NCBI RefSeq assembly: GCF_024700885.2
Contig: NZ_CP117016.1
Origin: Escherichia coli
Lineage (GTDB): Bacteria; Pseudomonadota; Gammaproteobacteria; Enterobacterales; Enterobacteriaceae
Length of the DNA stretch: 64,000 bases
Direction: 5' to 3' (one strand)
Notes under the pieces: generated by a model
What the model was told of the DNA's origin: nothing
The model's input: only the letters and a program-made list of their open reading frames with translations
Database searches by the model: none
Translations under genes and position numbers: made by a program
In this document: in pieces, positions 36,061 through 46,438 of the stretch
How the letters are laid out: each line of letters starts with the position of its first letter
How positions within the stretch are numbered: position 1 is the stretch's first letter

Positions 36061-38910
36061 CTACGAATCCCGCGATTTCCTGACCCTCTCGGCATATACC
36101 GTTAGCGTCTGTTTTATCACATCCAGCGTTACCGGCTTCGACAGGCAGCTGTCCATACCAGACTCCAGACACCGCTGCTTCTCTTCAGCCAACGCATTAG
36201 CAGTTACTCCGATTACCGGCAACGTCAGTCCCAACTGACGAATGCGTTGCGTCAAGCGGTAACCATCCATATTTGGCATGTTGACGTCGCTAAGCACGAT
36301 ATCAATATGATTCTTGCTAAGTACATTAAGCGCATCGACGCCATCATTCGCGGTTTTACATTGATAGCCCAACGATCCCAACTGATCTGCCAGAAGACGC
36401 CGGTTAATCGGATGATCATCCACAACCAGAATCATCATATCGTCGTTATCGCTGACCGCTTTGTCCGTCGACGGCAGAGCGTTAGCAGGATCATCGCTCT
36501 CCATCTCGATCAAATAAATACGCGCCAACAATGCCGGTAGCTCATGCGGGGCAGCCACACTGTGTACCCACTCCCCTGGCGCTTTCTCCAGCGGAATACC
36601 AATATGGCGACGACAGAAGGTCACTACCGCTCTACCCTGCCATTTTTTGCTCACTACCTCGTCAGTGATTAACACATCTTCGGGAGTCGGTTCCTGCCCT
36701 TCGTATGTTGTAACGACGATGCCGCTGCGCTGCAAACTGGTTTCCAGGAACTGACAGAGCGACGCATTGCGGACCGCCAGCCAGCAGCGTTTACCACTCA
36801 ACCCTTCCACGCCTTTTTTCTGCGGGTACTGAGCGCCGTACAACGGAATACGCACGGTAAACTGGCTGCCCATTCCCGGTTCTGAATCTACCGAGATGTC
36901 GCCGTCCATCATGCTGATCAGTTTTTCACAAATCGCCAGCCCCAGACCGGTCCCCTGGAAGTTACGCTGTACGCCCGTTCCGACCTGGAAGAAGGGATCA
37001 AACAAGCGCACCACTTCTTTCGCCGGAATCCCCACTCCGGTATCGCGAACGCGGATAGAGAGATAATCGCCATCAGCGCGAACATGCAAAACTATACAGC
37101 CGGTATCGGTGAATTTTATGGCGTTACTCAACAGGTTGGAGATGACCTGCTGTAAACGCATCGGGTCGCCATTTAAGGCCACTGGCACATCCGGTTCAAT
37201 AAAGCAGTACAAGCCTAGCTGCTTGCGTACCACCAGCGGTAAATAGTTGGCGGTGATGTGGTTCATCACTTCACGCGGTGAAAACTCACGCGGTTCGATC
37301 TTCAACTGTTCTGATTCAATTTTCGAGAAATCGAGAATATCGCTGATAATTTTCAACAACAGGCTGGAAGAGTTATTCATTGCCGTCACCAGCCGATCGA
37401 CGCCTTTCGGTAACTCTTTGGTTTGCAACAGATCCAGGTTACCGATAATGCCATACAGCGGCGTTCGCAGCTCATGACTGACGGTGGCAAGGAACATCGA
37501 TTTTGACTGGCTCGCCTGTTCCGCTGCTTGTGCCATCTCCTGCAACGACTCTTCCATCTTCACGCGCGAAGAAACATCCACCAGCACACAAATGGCCACG
37601 TTTTCATTACGATAGCGCGAATGGACGAAGCTGATTTGCAGATTGGTATTGTTGCTGGTCAGGACATCAACAAAATTGACCTGCTGCCCACAGATAATTT
37701 GTGTCAGCCGTTGGCGATCCTCATGCGTAAGCATATTGAGATAGGTATGCGCCAGTTCGTTACTTAAAATATTGACGCCATCAGCGGTACGCAAAATGCA
37801 GATACCCACTGGCGCGGAGGCGACAATCTTGCGATTAAACTGCTCATGTTCTTCCAGTCGCAGGGCGTCGCTTTCCGCCGGAATGAAAATACGTCGCTCG
37901 TACATCCGCGCGAGAGTAAACAATGCAGCTCCGGCAAGCACATTCAGCAAAATTGCGTTAAGGATCAACATGCGAATGCGTTCCAGCACCTTATCAACCG
38001 GCACCGAATACACGATGCTTAGCGATGAGGGTGGCAGATTTTTCTTCAGCACCAGCTCCCGGAACCCTTCCGTATAGCCAAACCAGGAGCGTTCCTGCAT
38101 CCAGCGAGGATCGCCCTTAATTTTGCTTTCTGGTCCGGTAAGCGAAATCAGGGTATGACCATTTTCATCAAGAATGGTAACCCCCATCGGCAACGTACCA
38201 GGTAAGAAAAAGTTCTCCATCCGGATGGTCTGCTCGACACCCAAAAGCGCCTGCAACCGGTTCGCCAGATAAACTGGCGTCAACGCGTAAAAATACCCGA
38301 CGCCAGGGCGCGGACCTTCGCTGATCCAGTAGAGGTTACTGCCGCTATCGTCTTGTGGTGCATTTCGATATTTATTGATGCGTTCATGCAAAGCTTTCAA
38401 CGCGGTATCGCGTTCCACTGGCATATCACGCAGACCGAAATTGGCCATGCAAAGGTTATCGCTGCCGATTAAAAATACCCGGTTGAGATCGTAAGCCGCA
38501 GAGAAATTATCGCGCCAGTAGCGCATAAACCACACCAATGACTCCAGAGAGCCTCGCCAGGTGTTACTCATTGCGGAACAATCGGAGTCGGCAAACAGCG
38601 GTTCAAACGCAGGCACATCCGCCTGCGTTTCTCGTCCACGCGGGGAAAGCACACCGTTTTCTGCCGATAAGCGATTTTCAGCTATGTACTTCAGCTCTTT
38701 CATCACATCAGAGGTACGTTGAATAAAGCGCTGAGCCTGATCGGAACTCAGATTAAATTCCTGACGAATTTCCGATTCTCGCTGATGTAACGCATTCACG
38801 ATGTAAAAAACGGATGAAAAAGCAATCAACAGCCAGAGCACTAACGCCAATGCTCGGAACATGTAGCGCGAGGCTTTCAGGGTTGTACGAAAAGAAGCAA
38901 GGTATTTCAA
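36061..38910 (-). CDS. rcsC: Hybrid sensor histidine kinase RcsC (949 aa)
   Basis: TM segments, HisKA H-box (SHELRTPL), HATPase, C-terminal receiver domain. Confidence 0.93.
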   Translation of the reverse strand: MKYLASFRTTLKASRYMFRALALVLWLLIAFSSVFYIVNALHQRESEIRQEFNLSSDQAQRFIQRTSDVMKELKYIAENRLSAENGVLSPRGRETQADVPAFEPLFADSDCSAMSNTWRGSLESLVWFMRYWRDNFSAAYDLNRVFLIGSDNLCMANFGLRDMPVERDTALKALHERINKYRNAPQDDSGSNLYWISEGPRPGVGYFYALTPVYLANRLQALLGVEQTIRMENFFLPGTLPMGVTILDENGHTLISLTGPESKIKGDPRWMQERSWFGYTEGFRELVLKKNLPPSSLSIVYSVPVDKVLERIRMLILNAILLNVLAGAALFTLARMYERRIFIPAESDALRLEEHEQFNRKIVASAPVGICILRTADGVNILSNELAHTYLNMLTHEDRQRLTQIICGQQVNFVDVLTSNNTNLQISFVHSRYRNENVAICVLVDVSSRVKMEESLQEMAQAAEQASQSKSMFLATVSHELRTPLYGIIGNLDLLQTKELPKGVDRLVTAMNNSSSLLLKIISDILDFSKIESEQLKIEPREFSPREVMNHITANYLPLVVRKQLGLYCFIEPDVPVALNGDPMRLQQVISNLLSNAIKFTDTGCIVLHVRADGDYLSIRVRDTGVGIPAKEVVRLFDPFFQVGTGVQRNFQGTGLGLAICEKLISMMDGDISVDSEPGMGSQFTVRIPLYGAQYPQKKGVEGLSGKRCWLAVRNASLCQFLETSLQRSGIVVTTYEGQEPTPEDVLITDEVVSKKWQGRAVVTFCRRHIGIPLEKAPGEWVHSVAAPHELPALLARIYLIEMESDDPANALPSTDKAVSDNDDMMILVVDDHPINRRLLADQLGSLGYQCKTANDGVDALNVLSKNHIDIVLSDVNMPNMDGYRLTQRIRQLGLTLPVIGVTANALAEEKQRCLESGMDSCLSKPVTLDVIKQTLTVYAERVRKSRDS

Positions 38911-39076
38911 AGGGGCGAAGCTCCGCCTCAGGTGACCGATGGAGTGTGGTTAAGGTAGCGGTAAAAGCGTGTTACCGCAATGTTCTCTCTTCTCTGGAAT
39001 ATGATACACCGCCGAGAAATCATCACCTTAACCTCTGATAATCGTCATATACCGGACAAGACTAGTGGATTTCAGC

Positions 39077-40903
39077 ATGCATTATATGAAGTGGATTTAT
39101 CCACGCCGCTTACGCAATCAAATGATCCTGATGGCAATCCTGATGGTCATTGTCCCAACGCTTACTATTGGTTATATCGTAGAAACGGAAGGACGTTCAG
39201 CAGTCTTATCTGAAAAAGAGAAAAAACTTTCTGCCGTGGTCAACCTGCTTAATCAGGCACTAGGCGATCGCTATGATCTCTACATCGACTTACCACGTGA
39301 GGAGCGTATCCGCGCATTAAATGCAGAACTTGCCCCCATTACCGAAAATATCACTCACGCCTTCCCTGGCATCGGCGCTGGTTATTACAACAAAACGCTG
39401 GATGCGATAATCACCTACGCGCCTTCAGCGCTATATCAGAATAATGTCGGCGTTACCATTGCCGCAGATCACCCTGGTCGCGAAGTCATGCGTACAAATA
39501 CCCCTTTGGTTTATTCAGGCAGGCAGGTGCGCGGCGATATTTTGAATTCAATGATCCCCATTGAGCGTAATGGTGAAATCCTCGGCTATATCTGGGCCAA
39601 TGAATTAACCGAAGATATTCGCCGCCAGGCCTGGAAAATGGATGTGAGGATTATCATTGTGCTCACCGCCGGTTTGCTGATAAGCCTGCTGTTGATTGTC
39701 CTTTTCTCCCGTCGCCTGAGCGCCAATATTGATATCATCACCGATGGCCTCTCGACTCTGGCGCAAAATATTCCCACTCGATTACCACAATTGCCCGGTG
39801 AAATGGGGCAAATCAGTCAGAGTGTTAACAACCTCGCCCAGGCACTGCGTGAAACGCGGACACTTAACGATCTGATTATTGAAAACGCTGCCGATGGCGT
39901 CATTGCCATTGACCGCCAGGGTGATGTAACCACCATGAACCCGGCAGCAGAAGTCATCACTGGCTATCAACGTCATGAACTGGTAGGGCAGCCTTACTCC
40001 ATGTTGTTCGACAATACTCAGTTCTACAGTCCAGTACTGGATACGCTGGAACATGGCACCGAACATGTAGCGCTGGAGATCAGTTTTCCAGGCCGTGACC
40101 GCACCATTGAACTCAGTGTCACTACCAGTCGTATTCATAACACGCATGGTGAAATGATAGGTGCTTTGGTGATTTTCTCTGATTTAACTGCCCGCAAAGA
40201 AACCCAGCGCCGCATGGCGCAAGCAGAACGCCTCGCCACACTGGGTGAGCTGATGGCTGGCGTCGCGCATGAAGTACGTAATCCGCTAACGGCTATTCGT
40301 GGTTATGTACAGATCTTGCGCCAACAAACCGGTGACCCAATACATCAGGAATATCTGTCCGTAGTACTCAAAGAAATCGATTCAATTAACAAAGTTATTC
40401 AGCAATTGCTCGAATTTTCACGTCCACGCCACAGTCAATGGCAACAAGTCAGCCTCAATGCATTGGTTGAAGAAACTCTGGTACTGGTACAAACCGCTGG
40501 CGTACAAGCGCGGATCGACTTCATAAGCGAACTGGATAATGAATTAAGCCCGATTAACGCCGATCGTGAACTGCTCAAACAGGTACTACTGAATATCCTG
40601 ATCAATGCCGTCCAGGCTATCAGTGCACGAGGGAAAATTCGCATTCGAACCTGGCAGTACAGCGACTCACAACAGGCCATTTCGATAGAGGACAACGGCT
40701 GTGGCATTGATCTCTCGCTGCAAAAAAAGATCTTCGATCCCTTTTTCACTACCAAAGCCTCAGGAACCGGGCTTGGTCTGGCGTTAAGTCAACGCATCAT
40801 TAATGCCCATCAGGGTGATATTCGCGTCGCCAGTTTGCCGGGCTACGGCGCAACCTTCACGCTTATTTTACCGATCAACCCGCAGGGAAATCAGACTGTA
40901 TGA
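39077..40903 (+). CDS. atoS: Sensor histidine kinase AtoS (608 aa)
   Basis: Start at MHYMKWIYPRRLRNQ (ATG 39077); PAS domain, H-box (AHEVRNPL), HATPase. Confidence 0.9.
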   Translation: MHYMKWIYPRRLRNQMILMAILMVIVPTLTIGYIVETEGRSAVLSEKEKKLSAVVNLLNQALGDRYDLYIDLPREERIRALNAELAPITENITHAFPGIGAGYYNKTLDAIITYAPSALYQNNVGVTIAADHPGREVMRTNTPLVYSGRQVRGDILNSMIPIERNGEILGYIWANELTEDIRRQAWKMDVRIIIVLTAGLLISLLLIVLFSRRLSANIDIITDGLSTLAQNIPTRLPQLPGEMGQISQSVNNLAQALRETRTLNDLIIENAADGVIAIDRQGDVTTMNPAAEVITGYQRHELVGQPYSMLFDNTQFYSPVLDTLEHGTEHVALEISFPGRDRTIELSVTTSRIHNTHGEMIGALVIFSDLTARKETQRRMAQAERLATLGELMAGVAHEVRNPLTAIRGYVQILRQQTGDPIHQEYLSVVLKEIDSINKVIQQLLEFSRPRHSQWQQVSLNALVEETLVLVQTAGVQARIDFISELDNELSPINADRELLKQVLLNILINAVQAISARGKIRIRTWQYSDSQQAISIEDNGCGIDLSLQKKIFDPFFTTKASGTGLGLALSQRIINAHQGDIRVASLPGYGATFTLILPINPQGNQTV

Positions 40904-42285
40904 CTGCTATTAATCGCATCCTTATTGTGGATGATGAAGATAATGTTCGCCGTATGCTGAGCACCGCTTTTGCACTACAAGGATTCGAAACACATTGTGC
41001 GAACAACGGGCGCACAGCATTACACCTGTTTGCCGATATTCACCCTGACGTGGTGTTGATGGATATCCGCATGCCAGAGATGGACGGCATCAAGACACTA
41101 AAGGAGATGCGCAGCCATGAGACACGGACACCCGTTATTCTGATGACGGCCTATGCTGAAGTGGAAACCGCCGTCGAAGCACTACGCTGCGGAGCCTTCG
41201 ACTATGTTATCAAACCGTTTGATCTCGATGAGTTGAATTTAATCGTTCAGCGCGCTTTACAACTCCAGTCAATGAAAAAAGAGATCCGTCATCTGCACCA
41301 GGCACTGAGCACCAGCTGGCAATGGGGGCACATTCTCACCAACAGCCCGGCGATGATGGACATCTGCAAAGACACCGCCAAAATTGCCCTTTCTCAGGCC
41401 AGCGTCTTGATTAGCGGTGAAAGCGGCACCGGGAAAGAGTTGATTGCCAGAGCGATTCACTACAATTCGCGGCGGGCAAAGGGGCCGTTCATTAAAGTCA
41501 ACTGCGCGGCGCTGCCGGAATCGTTGCTCGAAAGTGAACTGTTTGGTCATGAAAAAGGGGCATTTACTGGTGCACAAACCTTGCGTCAGGGATTATTTGA
41601 ACGTGCCAACGAAGGTACTCTGCTCCTCGACGAAATTGGCGAAATGCCGCTGGTACTGCAAGCCAAATTACTACGCATTCTGCAGGAACGGGAATTTGAA
41701 CGGATTGGCGGCCATCAGACCATAAAAGTTGATATCCGCATCATTGCTGCCACCAACCGCGACTTGCAGGCAATGGTGAAAGAAGGCACCTTCCGTGAAG
41801 ATCTCTTTTATCGCCTTAACGTTATTCATTTAATACTGCCGCCTCTGCGCGATCGCCGGGAAGATATTTCCCTGTTAGCTAATCACTTTTTGCAAAAATT
41901 CAGTAGTGAGAATCAGCGCGATATTATCGACATCGATCCGATGGCAATGTCACTGCTTACCGCCTGGTCATGGCCGGGAAATATTCGAGAGCTTTCCAAC
42001 GTTATTGAACGCGCCGTCGTGATGAATTCAGGCCCGATCATTTTTTCTGAGGATCTTCCGCCGCAGATTCGTCAGCCAGTCTGTAATGCTGGCGAGGTAA
42101 AAACATCCCCTGTCGGAGAGCGTAATTTAAAAGAGGAAATTAAACGCGTCGAAAAACGCATCATTATGGAAGTGCTGGAACAACAAGAAGGAAACCGAAC
42201 CCGCACTGCTTTAATGCTGGGCATCAGTCGCCGTGCATTGATGTATAAACTCCAGGAATACGGTATCGATCCGGCGGATGTATAA
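40900..42285 (+). CDS. atoC: Sigma54-dependent response regulator AtoC (461 aa)
   Basis: Receiver domain, AAA+ domain with GESGTGKE and GAFTGA motif, C-terminal HTH. Confidence 0.93.
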   Translation: MTAINRILIVDDEDNVRRMLSTAFALQGFETHCANNGRTALHLFADIHPDVVLMDIRMPEMDGIKTLKEMRSHETRTPVILMTAYAEVETAVEALRCGAFDYVIKPFDLDELNLIVQRALQLQSMKKEIRHLHQALSTSWQWGHILTNSPAMMDICKDTAKIALSQASVLISGESGTGKELIARAIHYNSRRAKGPFIKVNCAALPESLLESELFGHEKGAFTGAQTLRQGLFERANEGTLLLDEIGEMPLVLQAKLLRILQEREFERIGGHQTIKVDIRIIAATNRDLQAMVKEGTFREDLFYRLNVIHLILPPLRDRREDISLLANHFLQKFSSENQRDIIDIDPMAMSLLTAWSWPGNIRELSNVIERAVVMNSGPIIFSEDLPPQIRQPVCNAGEVKTSPVGERNLKEEIKRVEKRIIMEVLEQQEGNRTRTALMLGISRRALMYKLQEYGIDPADV

Positions 42286-42296
42286 CGCCAAAACTT

Positions 42297-42337
42297 GCTA
42301 TGCAGAAATTTGCACAGTGCGCAATTTTCTGCATAGC
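42297..42337. promoter_or_regulatory. AtoC-binding inverted repeat upstream of atoDAEB
   Basis: Near-perfect 41-bp palindrome gctatgcagaaatttgcacagtgcgcaattttctgcatagc. Confidence 0.8.
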
Positions 42338-42419
42338 CGCTCATTCTCCTTATAAATCCCCATCCAATTTATCCCTTCATATTCAATTAGTTAAATAACA
42401 ACATTCAATAATCTCATTC

Positions 42420-42434
42420 TGGCACTCCCCTTGC
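42420..42434 (+). promoter_or_regulatory. Sigma54 (-24/-12) promoter of atoDAEB
   Basis: TGGCAC-N5-TTGC matching the RpoN consensus, ~50 bp upstream of the atoD ATG. Confidence 0.8.
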
Positions 42435-42480
42435 TATTCCCTGACTGTACCCACAACGGTGTATGCAAGAGGGATAAAAA

Positions 42481-43143
42481 ATGAAAACAAAATTGATGAC
42501 ATTACAAGACGCCACCGGCTTCTTTCGTGACGGCATGACCATCATGGTGGGCGGATTTATGGGGATTGGCACTCCATCCCGCCTGGTTGAAGCATTACTG
42601 GAATCTGGTGTTCGCGACCTGACATTGATAGCCAATGATACCGCGTTTGTTGATACTGGCATCGGTCCGCTCATCGTCAATGGTCGAGTCCGCAAAGTGA
42701 TTGCTTCACATATCGGCACCAACCCGGAAACAGGTCGGCGCATGATATCTGGTGAGATGGACGTCGTTCTGGTGCCGCAAGGTACGCTAATCGAGCAAAT
42801 TCGCTGTGGTGGAGCTGGACTTGGTGGTTTTCTCACCCCAACGGGTGTCGGCACCGTCGTAGAGGAAGGCAAACAGACACTGACACTCGACGGTAAAACC
42901 TGGCTGCTCGAACGCCCACTGCGCGCCGACCTGGCGCTAATTCGCGCTCATCGTTGCGACACACTTGGCAACCTGACCTATCACCTTAGCGCCCGCAACT
43001 TTAACCCCCTGATAGCCCTTGCGGCTGATATCACGCTGGTAGAGCCAGATGAACTGGTCGAAACCGGCGAGCTGCAACCTGACCATATTGTCACCCCTGG
43101 TGCCGTTATCGACCACATCATCGTTTCACAGGAGAGCAAATAA
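42481..43143 (+). CDS. atoD: Acetate CoA-transferase alpha subunit AtoD (220 aa)
   Basis: Recognised CoA-transferase subunit A sequence; operon position. Confidence 0.92.
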   Translation: MKTKLMTLQDATGFFRDGMTIMVGGFMGIGTPSRLVEALLESGVRDLTLIANDTAFVDTGIGPLIVNGRVRKVIASHIGTNPETGRRMISGEMDVVLVPQGTLIEQIRCGGAGLGGFLTPTGVGTVVEEGKQTLTLDGKTWLLERPLRADLALIRAHRCDTLGNLTYHLSARNFNPLIALAADITLVEPDELVETGELQPDHIVTPGAVIDHIIVSQESK

Positions 43144-43793
43144 TGGATGCGAAACAACGTATTGCGCGCCGTGTGGCGCAAGAGCTTCGTGATGGTGACA
43201 TCGTTAACTTAGGGATCGGTTTACCCACAATGGTCGCCAATTATTTACCGGAGGGTATTCATATCACTCTGCAATCGGAAAACGGCTTCCTCGGTTTAGG
43301 CCCGGTCACGACAGCGCATCCAGATCTGGTGAACGCTGGCGGGCAACCGTGCGGTGTTTTACCCGGTGCAGCCATGTTTGATAGCGCCATGTCATTTGCG
43401 CTAATCCGCGGCGGTCATATTGATGCCTGCGTGCTCGGCGGTTTGCAAGTAGACGAAGAAGCAAACCTCGCGAACTGGGTAGTGCCTGGGAAAATGGTGC
43501 CCGGTATGGGTGGCGCGATGGATCTGGTGACCGGGTCGCGCAAAGTGATCATCGCCATGGAACATTGTGCCAAAGATGGTTCAGCAAAAATTTTGCGCCG
43601 CTGCACCATGCCACTCACTGCGCAACATGCGGTGCATATGCTGGTTACTGAACTGGCTGTCTTTCGTTTTATTGACGGCAAAATGTGGCTCACCGAAATT
43701 GCCGACGGGTGTGATTTAGCCACCGTGCGTGCCAAAACCGAAGCTCGGTTTGAAGTCGCCGCCGATCTGAATACGCAACGGGGTGATTTATGA
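43143..43793 (+). CDS. atoA: Acetate CoA-transferase beta subunit AtoA (216 aa)
   Basis: CoA-transferase subunit B; overlapping start with atoD stop. Confidence 0.92.
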   Translation: MDAKQRIARRVAQELRDGDIVNLGIGLPTMVANYLPEGIHITLQSENGFLGLGPVTTAHPDLVNAGGQPCGVLPGAAMFDSAMSFALIRGGHIDACVLGGLQVDEEANLANWVVPGKMVPGMGGAMDLVTGSRKVIIAMEHCAKDGSAKILRRCTMPLTAQHAVHMLVTELAVFRFIDGKMWLTEIADGCDLATVRAKTEARFEVAADLNTQRGDL

Positions 43794-45112
43794 TTGGTCG
43801 CATATCGCGTTTTATGACGCGTTTTGTCAGCCGGTGGCTTCCCGATCCACTGATCTTTGCCATGTTGCTGACATTGCTAACTTTCGTGATCGCGCTTTGG
43901 TTAACACCACAAACGCCGATCAGCATGGTGAAAATGTGGGGTGACGGTTTCTGGAACTTGCTGGCGTTTGGTATGCAGATGGCGCTTATCATCGTTACCG
44001 GTCATGCCCTTGCCAGCTCTGCTCCGGTAAAAAGTTTGCTGCGTACTGCCGCCTCCGCCGCAAAGACGCCCGTACAGGGCGTCATGCTGGTTACTTTCTT
44101 CGGTTCAGTCGCTTGTGTCATCAACTGGGGATTTGGTTTGGTTGTCGGCGCAATGTTTGCCCGTGAAGTCGCCCGCCGAGTACCCGGTTCTGATTATCCG
44201 TTGCTCATTGCCTGCGCCTACATTGGTTTTCTCACCTGGGGTGGCGGTTTCTCTGGCTCAATGCCTCTGTTGGCTGCAACACCGGGCAACCCGGTTGAGC
44301 ATATCGCCGGGCTGATCCCGGTGGGCGATACTCTGTTCAGTGGTTTTAACATTTTCATCACTGTGGCGTTGATTGTGGTGATGCCATTTATCACCCGCAT
44401 GATGATGCCAAAACCGTCTGACGTGGTGAGTATCGATCCGAAACTACTCATGGAAGAGGCTGATTTCCAAAAGCAGCTACCGAAAGATGCCCCACCATCC
44501 GAGCGACTGGAAGAAAGCCGCATTCTGACGTTGATCATCGGCGCACTCGGTATCGCTTACCTTGCGATGTACTTCAGCGAACATGGCTTCAACATCACCA
44601 TCAATACCGTCAACCTGATGTTTATGATTGCGGGTCTGCTGCTACATAAAACGCCAATGGCTTATATGCGTGCTATCAGCGCGGCAGCACGCAGTACTGC
44701 CGGTATTCTAGTGCAATTCCCCTTCTACGCTGGGATCCAACTGATGATGGAGCATTCCGGTCTGGGCGGACTCATTACCGAATTCTTCATCAATGTTGCG
44801 AACAAAGACACCTTCCCGGTAATGACCTTTTTTAGTTCTGCACTGATTAACTTCGCCGTTCCGTCTGGCGGCGGTCACTGGGTTATTCAGGGACCTTTCG
44901 TGATACCCGCAGCCCAGGCGCTGGGCGCTGATCTTGGTAAATCGGTAATGGCGATCGCCTACGGCGAGCAATGGATGAACATGGCACAACCATTCTGGGC
45001 GCTGCCAGCACTGGCAATCGCCGGACTCGGTGTCCGCGACATCATGGGCTATTGCATCACTGCCCTGCTCTTCTCCGGCGTCATTTTCGTCATTGGTTTA
45101 ACGCTGTTCTGA
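43790..45112 (+). CDS. atoE: Short-chain fatty acid transporter AtoE (440 aa)
   Basis: Polytopic membrane protein; operon position. Confidence 0.9.
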   Translation: MIGRISRFMTRFVSRWLPDPLIFAMLLTLLTFVIALWLTPQTPISMVKMWGDGFWNLLAFGMQMALIIVTGHALASSAPVKSLLRTAASAAKTPVQGVMLVTFFGSVACVINWGFGLVVGAMFAREVARRVPGSDYPLLIACAYIGFLTWGGGFSGSMPLLAATPGNPVEHIAGLIPVGDTLFSGFNIFITVALIVVMPFITRMMMPKPSDVVSIDPKLLMEEADFQKQLPKDAPPSERLEESRILTLIIGALGIAYLAMYFSEHGFNITINTVNLMFMIAGLLLHKTPMAYMRAISAAARSTAGILVQFPFYAGIQLMMEHSGLGGLITEFFINVANKDTFPVMTFFSSALINFAVPSGGGHWVIQGPFVIPAAQALGADLGKSVMAIAYGEQWMNMAQPFWALPALAIAGLGVRDIMGYCITALLFSGVIFVIGLTLF

Positions 45113-45142
45113 CGGCAACCCTACAGACAGAAGGAATAAAAA

Positions 45143-46327
45143 ATGAAAAATTGTGTCATCGTCAGTGCGGTACGTACTGCTATCGGTAGTTTTAACGGTT
45201 CACTCGCTTCCACCAGCGCCATCGACCTGGGGGCGACAGTAATTAAAGCCGCCATTGAACGTGCAAAAATCGATTCACTACACATTGATGAAGTGATTAT
45301 GGGTAACGTGTTGCAAGCCGGGTTGGGGCAAAATCCGGCACGTCAGGCACTGTTAAAAAGCGGGCTGGCAGAAACGGTGTGCGGATTCACGGTCAATAAA
45401 GTGTGTGGTTCGGGTCTTAAAAGTGTGGCGCTTGCCGCCCAGGCAATTCAGGCAGGTCAGGCGCAAAGCATTGTGGCGGGGGGTATGGAAAATATGAGTT
45501 TAGCGCCCTACTTACTCGATGCAAAAGCACGCTCTGGTTATCGTCTTGGAGACGGACAGGTTTATGACGTAATCCTGCGCGATGGTCTGATGTGCGCCAC
45601 CCATGGTTATCATATGGGGATTACCGCCGAGAACGTGGCCAAAGAGTACGGAATTACCCGAGAAATGCAGGATGAACTGGCGCTACATTCACAGCGTAAA
45701 GCGGCAGCCGCAATTGAGTCCGGTGCTTTTACAGCCGAAATCGTCCCGGTAAATGTTGTCACTCGGAAGAAAACCTTCGTCTTCAGTCAAGACGAATTCC
45801 CGAAAGCGGATTCTACGACTGAAGCGTTAGGCGCATTGCGCCCGGCCTTCGATAAAGCAGGAACAGTCACCGCCGGGAACGCGTCTGGTATTAACGACGG
45901 TGCTGCCGCTCTGGTGATTATGGAAGAATCTGCGGCGCTGGCAGCAGGCCTTACCCCCCTGGCTCGCATTAAAAGTTATGCCAGCGGTGGCGTGCCCCCC
46001 GCATTGATGGGTATGGGGCCAGTACCTGCCACGCAAAAAGCGTTACAACTGGCGGGGCTGCAACTGGCGGATATTGATCTCATTGAGGCTAATGAAGCAT
46101 TTGCTGCACAGTTCCTTGCCGTTGGGAAAACCCTGGGCTTTGATTCTGAGAAAGTGAATGTCAACGGCGGGGCCATCGCGCTCGGGCATCCTATCGGTGC
46201 CAGTGGTGCTCGTATTCTGGTCACACTATTACATGCCATGCAGGCACGCGATAAAACGCTGGGGCTGGCAACACTGTGCATTGGTGGCGGCCAGGGAATT
46301 GCGATGGTGATTGAACGGTTGAATTAA
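45143..46327 (+). CDS. atoB: Acetyl-CoA acetyltransferase (thiolase II) AtoB (394 aa)
   Basis: Thiolase motifs (VNKVCGSG active Cys, C-terminal [12 protein letters not shown]). Confidence 0.93.
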   Translation: MKNCVIVSAVRTAIGSFNGSLASTSAIDLGATVIKAAIERAKIDSLHIDEVIMGNVLQAGLGQNPARQALLKSGLAETVCGFTVNKVCGSGLKSVALAAQAIQAGQAQSIVAGGMENMSLAPYLLDAKARSGYRLGDGQVYDVILRDGLMCATHGYHMGITAENVAKEYGITREMQDELALHSQRKAAAAIESGAFTAEIVPVNVVTRKKTFVFSQDEFPKADSTTEALGALRPAFDKAGTVTAGNASGINDGAAALVIMEESAALAAGLTPLARIKSYASGGVPPALMGMGPVPATQKALQLAGLQLADIDLIEANEAFAAQFLAVGKTLGFDSEKVNVNGGAIALGHPIGASGARILVTLLHAMQARDKTLGLATLCIGGGQGIAMVIERLN

Positions 46328-46407
46328 CAAATCAGAACCACTCGCATGGCGGGTGGTTATCTGTTTCAGCCACGATGCGCCAGAAACAGACTAAAGTCAG
46401 AAAAGTA

Positions 46408-46431
46408 AAGGGCCGAATTTTCGGCCCTTTT
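46408..46431. terminator. Bidirectional rho-independent terminator between convergent atoB and gyrA
   Basis: AAAGGGCCGA-attt-TCGGCCCTTT hairpin flanked by A/T runs on both sides. Confidence 0.85.
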
Positions 46432-46438
46432 AACTTGA

